Shown here: piece by piece, positions 1-10,949 of the stretch
Position numbering within the stretch: the first letter of the stretch is position 1
Layout of the letters: each line of letters starts with the position of its first letter
Source of the DNA: Vicugna vicugna
Taxonomy: Eukaryota
DNA length: 64,000 bases
Direction of reading: 5' to 3'
Assembly: GCA_013265495.1 (NCBI GenBank)
Contig: MU058290.1
Location: 62,001 to 126,000, forward strand
Made by a program: the position numbers and the translations under genes
The notes under the pieces: model-generated
What the model was told of the DNA's origin: nothing
Database searches by the model: none
What the model saw: the letters and a program-made list of their open reading frames with translations, nothing else

Positions 1-715
1 TAAGAATCAAGCATTGTCCCTTCCCATTATATGCAAATTCTATTTAAGATGACAAGTAGCTCTAGTTGGTGAATAAAATTTCTTTGAAGAGGAAATCTAG
101 CCAGTGGATATGGAAGAAATAGAATTAGAAATCATAATTTAGCAACCCCTAAAAAGTAATTCAAGCAGTAATGACCTTGATTCAAAAATATCATTTAATG
201 ATAGGTTGATGGGGGAAATTACAATGGAGGGAATGAGCTATATTGCTGTGAACCCACTGAGAAATATTAGCATTTAGAATTGAAATTTTATGTGCTTCCT
301 GAGGTGATGCCCAAATATGAAGTATGTGGGACTGCTTGTGAAGTACTTTTGTAAAAACTCTGAATTTAACGAAGCCTTTATAGTTAATATTCCGTTTTCA
401 AGAAATGAGAGAGCAGAATAAAAGCATCAGACTGACATTGTCCACAACAAGTAATTCAGTTTCTTTAATATCTGACTGGCAGAGAAACAGAGAGAACAGA
501 GAGGAAGGAGAAAGAGAGAGACTGAGATAGAGGAGATTTAAAGCAAATATATGTATAAAATTTGTTTCAGTCCTGATTAGATTAAAAGCCTGTTGAGTGC
601 TATTATAAGAAAATCAGGGAAATTCAGTATGTACTGTGTACTAGATGCTAAAAAAAAATTCATGTTAACTTTGTTGGGTATAAATTTGTGGATACGTAAT
701 AAGGTTTCATATTAT
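1..715 (+). mobile_element. Old L1 3'-end-like fragment (truncated at window edge)
   Basis: AT-rich sequence resembling ancient L1M 3' UTR; abrupt switch to the GC-rich tRNA unit near 720. Family from memory only. Confidence 0.45.
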
Positions 716-897
716 TAGAGAATCATTTTAAAATCGCCGCCGCGGGGTGCTGGTCCACCAAGGAGCCCCGGCGTGTGCGCGGCTCCCTGCCGAGGGGCTT
801 CCAACCAACCCAAGTCATACTGACCCTGGGGCTTTCCAGTGCCTTGGCTTCCTTCATTTCCACAAAAAGAAATGACCCAGCACTGGCGAGTGTGCGC

Positions 898-987
898 CCT
901 TCGATAGCTCAGCTGGTAGAGCGGAGGACTGTAGAGAAAATGTTCCCAGACATCCTTAGGTCGCTGGTTCGATTCCGGCTCGAAGGA
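898..987 (+). tRNA. tRNA-Tyr(GTA), intron-containing (17-nt intron 935-951)
   Basis: 5' exon CCTTCGATAGCTCAGCTGGTAGAGCGGAGGACTGTAG (898-934) and 3' exon ATCCTTAGGTCGCTGGTTCGATTCCGGCTCGAAGGA (952-987) match canonical vertebrate tRNA-Tyr; TTTT terminator at 999-1002. Confidence 0.98.
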
Positions 988-1461
988 GACGCCCTTGCTT
1001 TTACCCTGAAAACCACCAGCCCACCAACCCCTGGTAGTTACCTCCCCGCGCCCAGCGCTACCTCTGCCCCGCAAATTGGCCCCTGCAGCAGACCAGCATT
1101 CCATCTCTCAGGGTAAAGCCAGGAAGCACTCTCCGGAGCCACCCTCACAGATAACTCGCTGCTTTCCTCAGGGAACACACCTTACTTTTTTTCCCCCGAA
1201 ATCCACTGACACATGCCCTTCAGGGCAAAACAGCCCTTCTCTCCTTACTCCTGCCTTAGTGGGTAGCACCAACCAAGAACCCAGAATTTCTGAATATCCC
1301 CACCCGGGGATGCCCGACGGCTACGGAGCCCCGGCGTGTGTGCGGCTTCCTGCCGAGGAGCTTCCAATCAACCCAAGGCTTGTAATCTCTGGGTCCTTTC
1401 AGTGCCTTGGCTTCTGTTATTTCTACTGAAATGAAAGACTCAGCTCTTTGCTTCTGTGCAC

Positions 1462-1555
1462 CCTTCGATAGCTCAGCTGGTAGAGCGGAGGACTGTAGAT
1501 AGTGTGTGTGTGTATAGATATCCTTAGGTCGCTGGTTCGATTCCGGCTCGAAGGA
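1462..1555 (+). tRNA. tRNA-Tyr(GTA), intron-containing (21-nt intron 1499-1519)
   Basis: Exons identical to the copy at 898; intron ATAGTGTGTGTGTGTATAGAT; TTTT at 1572-1575. Confidence 0.98.
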
Positions 1556-3922
1556 GGTGCCGTTCAACAGCTTTTGCCCCATCAAAACCACCACCCTGGC
1601 CCTCACCTCTTTCTGGCAAGTTGGCCCTTGCGGCAGGGGCGGCAGGGCAGCATCTGAACTCTCTTACGACGGAACCTGGAAAGCTCTTCTGGTGCAACCC
1701 TCACAGTCACCTGTGAGCTATTGCCAAGGAACACAACTGTCCCTACTTCTCAAAATCCACAGACCCGTGACCTTCCGCACAGCTTCTTAGCTGGTAGCCC
1801 CATCAGCCAGCCCCCCCAATCTCCCAAGCCTTTACACTTTTATCCCCACCTTTCTCCAGTGAGAGCAGTACCCACTTTGCCACCACCACTTTGCTCAACA
1901 TGGAAAGATCCCTCACAAACACGTGGGCACACAGGAGCTGCCTACCGCAAACCCTGGAGCCTGACAAGCATAGGGGCCATCACACAGCTCCGGGGCAACC
2001 AAGGCATCCTTCTTGAAATCCCTCCCACTCAAGCTCCCTTTCCTACTCTGCCTGGTCTTAGGATGGCCCCTGACTTCACTCTTCTGTCTAGCCCGACTAC
2101 AGCCTCTGTATCTCTGTTTCTCTCTCTCATCTTCCCACTCGTCTGGAATGATCTATAAATACATAGACCTACAGAGACAGAAAACTCTCTTCCATTTCCT
2201 ATTTTATCTACCGTGGGACAGAAAACCCTCTTCCACTCCCGTTTTATCTACTGTTGGACAGAACTGCCACCCTGAGATTTTCCACTCTATTGCCAGTTGT
2301 GCGCCTTCATCAAGGGAGGCTGGCATTGGCAGAAGCAAATGGCACCAGGGCAGGGGGAAGGGGGCTTGACAGTCAGGATAAAAACTTCAGAGGCCTGTTC
2401 AGTTCTCCTGTCAATCAGAGAACAGGGTCGTATCCTCTGGAAAACTTCAAATTTCTTTGCCCTATCATGAAGGCCATCAGTTGGAAAGCAATACAGAGAG
2501 GACTGTCAGTGGCACAGTGATGGCAGTGTGGCTCTCTGAAGTCCCTGGGGCCCAGTCACTGCCCTCCCTTGACCCCTGAGCCCACAAGCTCCTTTTTGGT
2601 TGGTGTTCAGCTTCTGCGTGGAGGCTGCTTCCCCGCACATCTTCCTCTCCTGGCAAGCTGTTCCAGGTCTCCCCACTGTGGTCGCTGTCTTTCCTGCTGT
2701 CCCACTGCTGACTAAGAGGGGCTGAGCTTGGGCTGTCATGTCTCTAGGGCTTTGGGAGTTGATGCATTACTGTCCCACAGGAGGTCTTCAGGAGGAACCT
2801 ATTGCTCTGTGGCCATGGAGAGTCTCCAGTCTCGAATGCCACCATCTTGGGAGACCAGGGGACAGGAACCAAAGACAGAACCTAAGGTCTTCCCACCAAG
2901 GGAATTAGAGGGACCTAGGTTAGGGGGAACGTAGCTTTGGTACTTGGGGGGAATGACAAGAGTTGGGGGGTGGAGGTGTGGGTGGGAGGTGGATTCTAGT
3001 AACCTGGGAACGCCAGAGTGAGCCCTCAACATGGCCCACTCCTCCTGTCTGGGGCATCACAGTGAGCAGTAGAGGACTTCTGAAATGACCCTCAACCTCC
3101 CACTCCGGGAGTGGGGGTGGGGTACCTAGTGACAGGTATTTGAGTGCTGGTCACTTGGGTGTGGCTTGCTGCGCCTCTGAGACCTGTGCTGGGTAGACCC
3201 AGACAGCGGTGTGCTCTGCCCCTCTTCCTTCATCTCTGGTGTCTGTCCAGAAAGCTCACAGAATATTGAGTTACTTTACTGAGCAGCCGCGTCTGCCAAA
3301 GAAATCCGGGTCTGTGGGCAGAGAAGGCGATCCAGTTTCGCAGACCGGCCGCAGCAGACTAGGCGGCTGGGTACAGGTGGGGTGGTCTTCCGACCTGGCC
3401 CAACCTCCCTTCTCCATCACTTCCCAGGAAGCCTCACGGCGGGGAAAAGTGAGCCTAGTCCACAGCGGGCAGCAGCGCCGAGTCGGGGGTTGAGTGGCGG
3501 GGTACAGGCGCCGCAGAACAAGGGAACGGCGCTTAGAGGCTCCCCCAGGGGCCTTTAGTGGACCCTGGCCGCGCGGTTTGTTCTCCGCTGCTTTTCTCCG
3601 CAAGCTCGCCCCCACCCAACCCACGCATTCGCATCAGTTTCGCCAAAGCCTGCCTGCTGTCACTCTGTACAGGTTTTCTGGCCAGCAACGGCTGTCGTCC
3701 AGCCCGTCCCTTCAGAAAGGTGCTCGAGGAGAGGGAAATGAGCTAACAGGTGGCGGCCCAGGCATTTAAAACATCGCCAGCCCACGGGCTCCCGTCCACG
3801 TGCACAGCTCCTTGCCAAAGTGGTGTCTAACCAGCCCAAGGAATGTTGCCCTGTGCTTTTCAGTACCTTGACCGCAGTGATTTCCACAAAAACCAAGGAC
3901 CTGAACAAAATCTTCCAAGCAC

Positions 3923-4012
3923 CCTTCGATAGCTCAGCTGGTAGAGCGGAGGACTGTAGATCTGTCGTGTGTGGTTATCCTTAGGTCGCTGGTTCGATTC
4001 CGGCTCGAAGGA
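3923..4012 (+). tRNA. tRNA-Tyr(GTA), intron-containing (17-nt intron 3960-3976)
   Basis: Identical exons; intron ATCTGTCGTGTGTGGTT; T5 terminator at 4027-4031. Confidence 0.98.
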
Positions 4013-6325
4013 GGTGCCTTTGATCGTTTTTGCCCCCCATCATGAAAGCCGTCACCCCCAGGTGCCCAGTGCCCAGCGCCCAGCCAGAGATACCTCTGCC
4101 CACACAGTTTGGCCAGCATCCTCACTCCCACAGGACAAAATCAGGAAACCCCCTCCAGACTGGCTGGAATAGCTCCTGCAGTTGCCTGCATGGGAACACA
4201 CCTGCTCCTTCTTCCCGAAATCCAGCGATACATACCGTTCAGTGCAAAACAGTCCCCTTGCTCCTGCCTCGGCCACCAGCCCCAACCAGATAACTCCCAC
4301 AACCTTCCAAGCCCTTTACACTTTTGTTCACCCACCTCTCCCCAGCCAGTGCTGTGCCTGCTCTGCCACCATCACTTTGCTCAACATGGACAGACCCCTG
4401 ACAAACATGTGGGCACACAGTAGCTGCCCACCACAAGCCCTGGAGCCTGACAAGCATGCAGACAAACACACCGGTCACTGGTAACCAAGGCATCCTTATT
4501 GAGATCCCTCCCACTCAACCTCCCTTTCCTATGCTGCCTCCTCTTAGGATGGTCTCTGTCCTCTCTCTTCTGTCTAGCCCAGCTACAGTCTCTGTATCTC
4601 TCTATCTTTCCGATTCTCCCTACAACTCTCTCTCTCTCTCCCACTCTCTCCTGCATCTCTCCCATGGTCTATAAATATATAGACCTACAGAGACAGAAAA
4701 CCCTCTTCCGTGCCCTCCTTTATCAACTGTGGGACAGAAGGCCACATGGAGATTTTTCCAAGCCTTTGACAATTGTGGGCCTGTTTCGAGGGAGGCTGGC
4801 ATTGGCAGGAACAAAAGAAAACAGAGATGGCCGGAGGCGGGGGTGGGGGAGTGGATAGCCTCATAAAAACTTCAGAGACCATTTCAGGTCTCCTGTCCGT
4901 CAGTGAACAGGAGCATAGCCTCTGGATACCTTCAGATTTTGCCTGTCTTTGCCCTTGTTCTTTTTGCTCAGGAAGTTTTGAGTTCTTTCTGAAAGACCAA
5001 CAATTGCTCATGCTCTGTATGATGGTAGTAAAAATGTCTGAACCGATTCCCAAGCTCCTTCTGACAGAGAGACAAGGAAAAGGAGACAGACATAAAAATA
5101 GAGACTTAGAAAATCTAAGAGTTTCCTTGGATGTGCCCACACCCTCCCCCATGGGAATTGGAGGCGTCCAGATTAGGGAACCTAGCTTTGATGCTTTGGG
5201 GACATAACAGGGGTAGGGGAGTGGGTGCATGGGTGGGAGGTGGACTCTGATGACTTGGACGCACCAGGGTGAGCCCCGGCTCGGTCCACTCCTTCTATCT
5301 GGGACATCACAGCGAGTGGTAGGGGACCTCCGCGGAGATAGCCCTCATCCTCGCAGGTGTAAACCTGCGGGTCACTCCCTACGTTGGGACAGCCACACAG
5401 GCACTGGAGGTCTGGTCACTTGGTGTGGGTTGCCGCGTCTCTGTGATACCTGTGCTGGGTCGATGAGCGAACGGTCTTGGGGAGGCGGGCATGCACCAGA
5501 TGGGATTTGAAACGTTTGTCAAAGACGCGGAGTCAGGGCAGGCGGTCCAACCCCGGACAGCAGTGCTCTCTGCCCCACTCCCTTCATCTCTGGTGCCTGT
5601 CCAGAAAGCTCACAGAATCTTGAGCTACTTCACTGAGTAGCCACCTCTGCCAAAGGAATCCGGATCTGCGGACAGAGGAGGGGATCCAGTTCCGCAGCAG
5701 GCTGGGCGTCTAGATTCCTATGGGGATGGTCTCCCCACCTAGCCTGACATCCTTTCCTATCACTTCCCGGGAAGCCCTCACTGCGCGGAGAAGTGCGCCT
5801 AGTTCATAGCGGGCAGCAGCTCCGGGTCGGGGGTTGAGTGGCGGGCGTGAGGGCGCACTAGAACCAGGGGGCAGGTGTGCGGTGGGGTGGGGCGGGAGTC
5901 GGCGCTCCGAAACTTCTCAACAGCCCTGCAGCGGACCCTGCCTGCGTGGTGGTGCGCTCTCCCCCTCCGCTTTCCTCCGCAAGCCCGCCCCCGCCCCACC
6001 CAAGCATCTGCATCTGTGTGGCTAACGCCCCTCTCCCCTCACCCTCTTACCAGCTTTCTGTTCAGCGACGGCTGTCGTCCCGCTGTTTTCTGCAGAAAAG
6101 GGCTCGGGGAGAGGAAATGAGTCAAGAAGGAGAGGCCCAGGACCAGCATTTAAAAATCGCAGCCCCGCCCCAGGATGTCCGTCTATCAAGGAGCCCCGGC
6201 CTGTGTGCGGCTCCCTGCGGAGGGGCTTTCAACCACCCCAAGGCATGCTGCCCCCGGTGTCTTTCAGTGTCTTGGCTGCCTTCATTTCCTCAAAAAGTAA
6301 TGACCCAGCCACTGCTCGTGTGCAC

Positions 6326-6416
6326 CCTTCGATAGCTCAGCTGGTAGAGCGGAGGACTGTAGGCGAGGACGTTTGTAGGTATCCTTAGGTCGCTGGTTCG
6401 ATTCCGGCTCGAAGGA
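6326..6416 (+). tRNA. tRNA-Tyr(GTA), intron-containing (18-nt intron 6363-6380)
   Basis: Identical exons; intron GCGAGGACGTTTGTAGGT; T5 terminator at 6431-6435. Confidence 0.98.
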
Positions 6417-8739
6417 AGTGCCACTGACACTTTTTGCCCCATCATGAAGACCCCCACTTCCCGGTGCCGAGCCCTCAGCGCCACTTCTTCCCGACAGATT
6501 TAGCCCTTGCACCAGGCAGCAGCAGAACTCTCACCCCCACAGAGCCAGGAGAGGTGGCCCTTCTAGCGCCACCATCACAGCCACCTGCGTGCTTCCCATA
6601 GGAATACACCTGCCTCTTCTTGAAGTCCAAGGAGCCATGCATTTCTGCGCAAAACAGCCCACCTTGCTTTTGCCTTAGCGGGCAGCCCTAAGCAGCCAGT
6701 CCTCACAAACTGCCAAGCCCTTTACACTTTTATTCGCCCACAGCTCTCTCGCCTACCTATCAAAGCGCTGTCTCTGACACTAGAGCTTTTCTAGCATGGA
6801 CAGATCCCTGTCAAACAGGTTGCCCCAGAAGAGCCGCTTATGGCAAACCCTGTATGTCCACAGGCATACAGGCCAATAAGCCCGCCACGGATAACTCTGG
6901 CATGCATCTTTGTAATATTCCATGTCATTTTATGTATATGTCTCTTTTCCTCAATGTTTTTTGTTTTGTTTTGTTTCTCTTTTGGTTTTTAAATTTTGCC
7001 TGTGAGCTATAATCTTTAAAACCCAGTTATACAGTAAACTTTCATGGTTACCTTCTTAACATGGATTTGCCTTTGAGACTGTAAACAGTTACTCATGTGC
7101 CCTTTAAGTGACATTTAAGCCAAAATATGCAGCTGTTTTGTCCATGTCGTTTAATGAATGATTATTATTCCCCGTGTTCTATTTAGGTGGTCTATCAGTG
7201 TGATCTCTGGATTTTTTCTGCTAAGAATCTTTGAATTTATTTGTCTAGTCAGTATTTCTTGGTGCTTTATGTAGATTTTTTACTATTTTATGAGCAACAG
7301 TATCTCCTATTCTGCTTATATCATTTGGCACAGACAGGTGATCTATAAAAGACTTTATTGCTCTGTATCCACAGAGAGACCCTAGCTACGAATGTCACCA
7401 CACGCAGAAATTAACATAATAGGACTAATGAAGGAATTAGGTCTTTCCTGGGCATCCTGTAATTCTCCCCCTTACATTATTACGTTTACATTTCTTCCTA
7501 TTTACTAAGAATGTGTTCTTAGAATTATGAATGAATGCACATACTCATCAACAAGGGGACTAGCAAATCCTGCATTCTCTTCTTAGCTCATCAACCAGGT
7601 CATGTTGACTCAAGGGAGTTGCCACTTTTTAGGATTAGCATTCAGGTATGTTTTGCTCACAAGCCATTTAATAAGCACCTAAGCTGTCCCAGGTGTTGTG
7701 CTTGTACCGGGGCTATAGAGGTTAAAACGTACGTCTTGCCTTGAAATATTTCTGACTGTAAGTTACACAGAGATGGAAGAAGGCAGTTGTGAATCAATGT
7801 GCTGAAAACTGCAGTTGAGGTAAAAAGAATATTCCATGTAAATCTAAAACTAAAATCAATCTTGGGAAGTTTTAATGCAGGCTGGGGTGGTGGGTAAAGT
7901 AGGAAATATGGAAGCTCTCTTGGTAGAGCCAATGCTTTGTGCTCAGTTCAGTTTTAGGACAGGAGTAGTAGATCTGTGATCAGGTGAGTGGAGTGGATAC
8001 AGAAGAGTTAGAAAAGAAACAGGAACCCAAAGAGTGCTGACTTTTTTTGTGTAACTAAAATGGTATCACTAGAGCATACAGAGAAGTCCTGGCAGGAAAT
8101 GAAGGCACAAACAATTCTGCATGCAGTTTTATCTTATCTCATTATATTCCTGATGTTCCAGTTGCTGCTCACCCCCAAAGCAAGGGAAAGATTTCTCAAC
8201 GTCTCTTGTGAGTCTTCACAGAGAAGATGCTGAGTTTTTTCACTTGATATGTACATTATTCTATGAGGTTTTATCACTTGATATGTACATTATCCTACCA
8301 GAATGACCCACAGAAGAAAGGTTCATGATGTCCTTGCACTTCCACAATCATTTTCATTGAATCCATTTCCACTCCTTCTGTCATTTTCTACGCACATCCA
8401 TTTTTCAGCTGCCTGGTTTTGGCCAGCAGACAGTAAAGACAGGAACACTGCTGATGCCAAGAAAGAAAAATCTTAAATCCACAATTTCTTCTACAATGAT
8501 AACAACCAGAGGTGACAGATTCCATATAAAGAGCCCATGGTTTTCTGTGATGAAAAGCAAATGAGGAGGCTGCTGGGAATCACACAGTAAGATATTCAAA
8601 TTAACCCTATCACTGAGGAAATCTGAAAGTTGGAACAATATATGAAAACATCTGCTTCATGACATCGGAAAGAGAACAAAGGTGACAGGAGTTACCCAAA
8701 ATATATAAGAGGTAAAAATCCAGAGTGATAGTAACTAGA

Positions 8740-10930
8740 AAATGCACACATATATGAAAATAACTCATTTTATGGAAAAGCCAGTATGAATTTCATAACA
8801 AAACCAGACAAGAACATTAAGAAAAAGAATTATTATAGATCAATCTCACTCACGAACATGGATGTAAAAATTCTAAACAAAACATTAGCAAATCAAATAG
8901 AACCATATATAAAAATTATAACACATCTGGCCAAGTCAGAGATATTGGATGAAAGTAGGATTGATTTAATGTTAGAAAAATCAGTGAACTCCACCACACT
9001 AGCAGACCAAAAGAAAAAAATAAGACTATTTTAATAGGTGAAGAAAATTCATTTAATAAAATTCGGTATCTCTCATGATAAAATTATTAACAAACCAGGA
9101 ATAGAAGGCAACTTATTGATGAAGTGCATCTACAAGAAAGAAAAAGCCTCACTACATGTTGTATTTAACAACATAGTTAATAGTGGGATGGTACTAGTTT
9201 TCTGTTTGAGATTGAAACAAAATTAAAATGCCCACTATCTCCTGTTCAACATTAGACTGAAGAATTTCATTAGAAGAAGTGAGAATAAAGGAATGACTGT
9301 GTAAAAAGGAAATTTAAAGAAATCCACAAAGTAACAATGCTATTGGTACAGTTTATAGGATTTAAGATCCAATGACTGATAATAAATGCACTCCTGGGTG
9401 CTTGTCCCTCCGGTGGGTGGGATGACTTTTGATAATAATAGTGATGGTCTTGAACAGCTTCTCTTCTCCCTCTGCCTGTGCTAAAGCTGTGGGAGCTCAC
9501 CAACACCATGCCCCTCTCCCCACAATGCCTCTCCTGCAGTTAGATTGATTGGATGGCCAGTCTTGGCCAGAGATATATGAGCACAAGTGGTCTAAGTGTC
9601 CTTATATTTCTGCCCCATGCTCTTCTCATCCTCGATGACTGTGCGGGCCTCGTGTTGAGGATCCTGGATCTCTAAGCCATTGCTGCAGCCCACAGGATTG
9701 TAATATAGGTAAGAAATAAACCTTCACCATGTAAATCCAAAAAAATAAAAATAAAAAAGAGAGAGGGAATAAAAAAAGAAATACACAACTGTATTACTAG
9801 AAATAATAGGTGATTTTAAGAAATTTGCAGTATCAGAGATCAGTATTCAAAGATTACTTATATTTCCATATGCCATCATCAACTAGAATAGTTAGAATAT
9901 TAAATTTTTTAACATTTTCTCTTTTTCTTTTTTAATACAATTTTAAAGGCTACTTTCCACTTACAAAATTACAAAATATTGGCTATATTCTCTGTGTTGT
10001 ACTATACATCCTTGAGCCTATCTTACACCCAATAGTTTGTACCTCCCAAATATTAAATTTTTAAAAGATTATCTTTGTCATAGTATCAAACAATGAAGTA
10101 CCTAGGAATACATCTTTTACAATGTGCAAAATCCCAAGGCACAAAATATAAAGTATTATTGGGGAATTAAAGAAAAAAGTTACATAAATGGAAAGACAGT
10201 CCATGTTTATAGACTGAAAAGCTCAATATTGTAAAAATGTCAAATCTCCTCAAAATAATCTATCATCTTAAAATCTAATTGAAACTCCACAAATGGCTGG
10301 AGCAACTTGATAAGACAATTCTAAAGCATATATGGGCAGGCAAAGGATGAAAATAGCTAATAGACTCTTGGAAAGGAAAAATAGAGAGGACTTACTGTAC
10401 AAGACACCGAGAATCTTTATGAAGTTACAACAATTTAGCCAGAGTGGCAATCATATAAGATAGGTAAATATAACAATGAAACCATACAGTCTAGAAATAG
10501 ACACATACTTGGCCACTGATGTGTGACAAAGATTACATTGCAGGGGAGATAATTGTCTTTTCAACTAGTGATGATGTATCACTTAACTAATACAATGGGG
10601 GAAAATGAATCTTGTTTCAAAGCACATATCACATATAAAAACTGATTAATTATAAATCTATTTGTGAATTGTAAAAGAGTAAAGCTTCTTAAAAAAATAA
10701 GAGAATATCTTGAGGACCTTGAGTTAGGCAAACATTTCTTAAACAAGACACAAAGAAACAAATGTAAAGAGACAATGAATTAAGCTACATTAAAATTAAG
10801 ATCTTCTCATTTAAAAAATTCTATTGAGTAAAGAGGCCTACCACAGAGTGGAAGAAAGTATTTGTATAGCCAACAGGGGATTTACACCCCAAATATACAA
10901 AGAATGCCTACAAATTAATAAGGAAAACAA
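8740..10930 (+). mobile_element. Degraded L1 ORF2 fragments (interrupted by an insertion at 9330-9774)
   Basis: ORF 8786-9034 reads ITKPDKNIKKKNYYRSISLTNMDVKILNKTLANQIEPYIK, a typical L1 ORF2 segment; further ORF2-like DNA continues to ~10900. Confidence 0.9.
9330..9774 (+). other. Polyadenylated retrocopy of an unidentified transcript with MLT1-like 3' end
   Basis: TSD AAAGAAAT(C/A)CACAA at 9316-9329 and 9775-9788; AATAAA at 9715-9720; A-rich tail from 9739. Confidence 0.7.
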
Positions 10931-10949
10931 TTGAGAACTATCTCAAATG

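Larger units (their letters stand above)
720..6905 (+). repeat. Diverged tandem array of four tRNA-Tyr units (tRNA start spacings 564, 2461 and 2403 bp)
   Basis: Alignable by eye: ~180 bp upstream of every tRNA (TTTAAAA..TCGC, GGAGCCCCGGC.TGTG.GCGGCT.CCTGC, TTTCAGTG.CTTGGCT); 1560-2450 vs 4015-4960; 2880-3760 vs 5110-6145; 6420-6905 vs 4015-4500. Confidence 0.9.

Noticed and set aside
898..6416. CRISPR-like pattern of identical repeats with unique short spacers
   Set aside because: The repeats are tRNA-Tyr exons and the spacers are tRNA introns; the DNA is mammalian and has no cas genes.
715..6512. Many 60-180 aa ORFs overlapping the tRNA-Tyr array (e.g. SFEPESNQRPKD, PSIAQLVERRTV)
   Set aside because: The shared peptides are translations of the tRNA sequence in GC-rich DNA; most use non-ATG starts and show no protein family signature.
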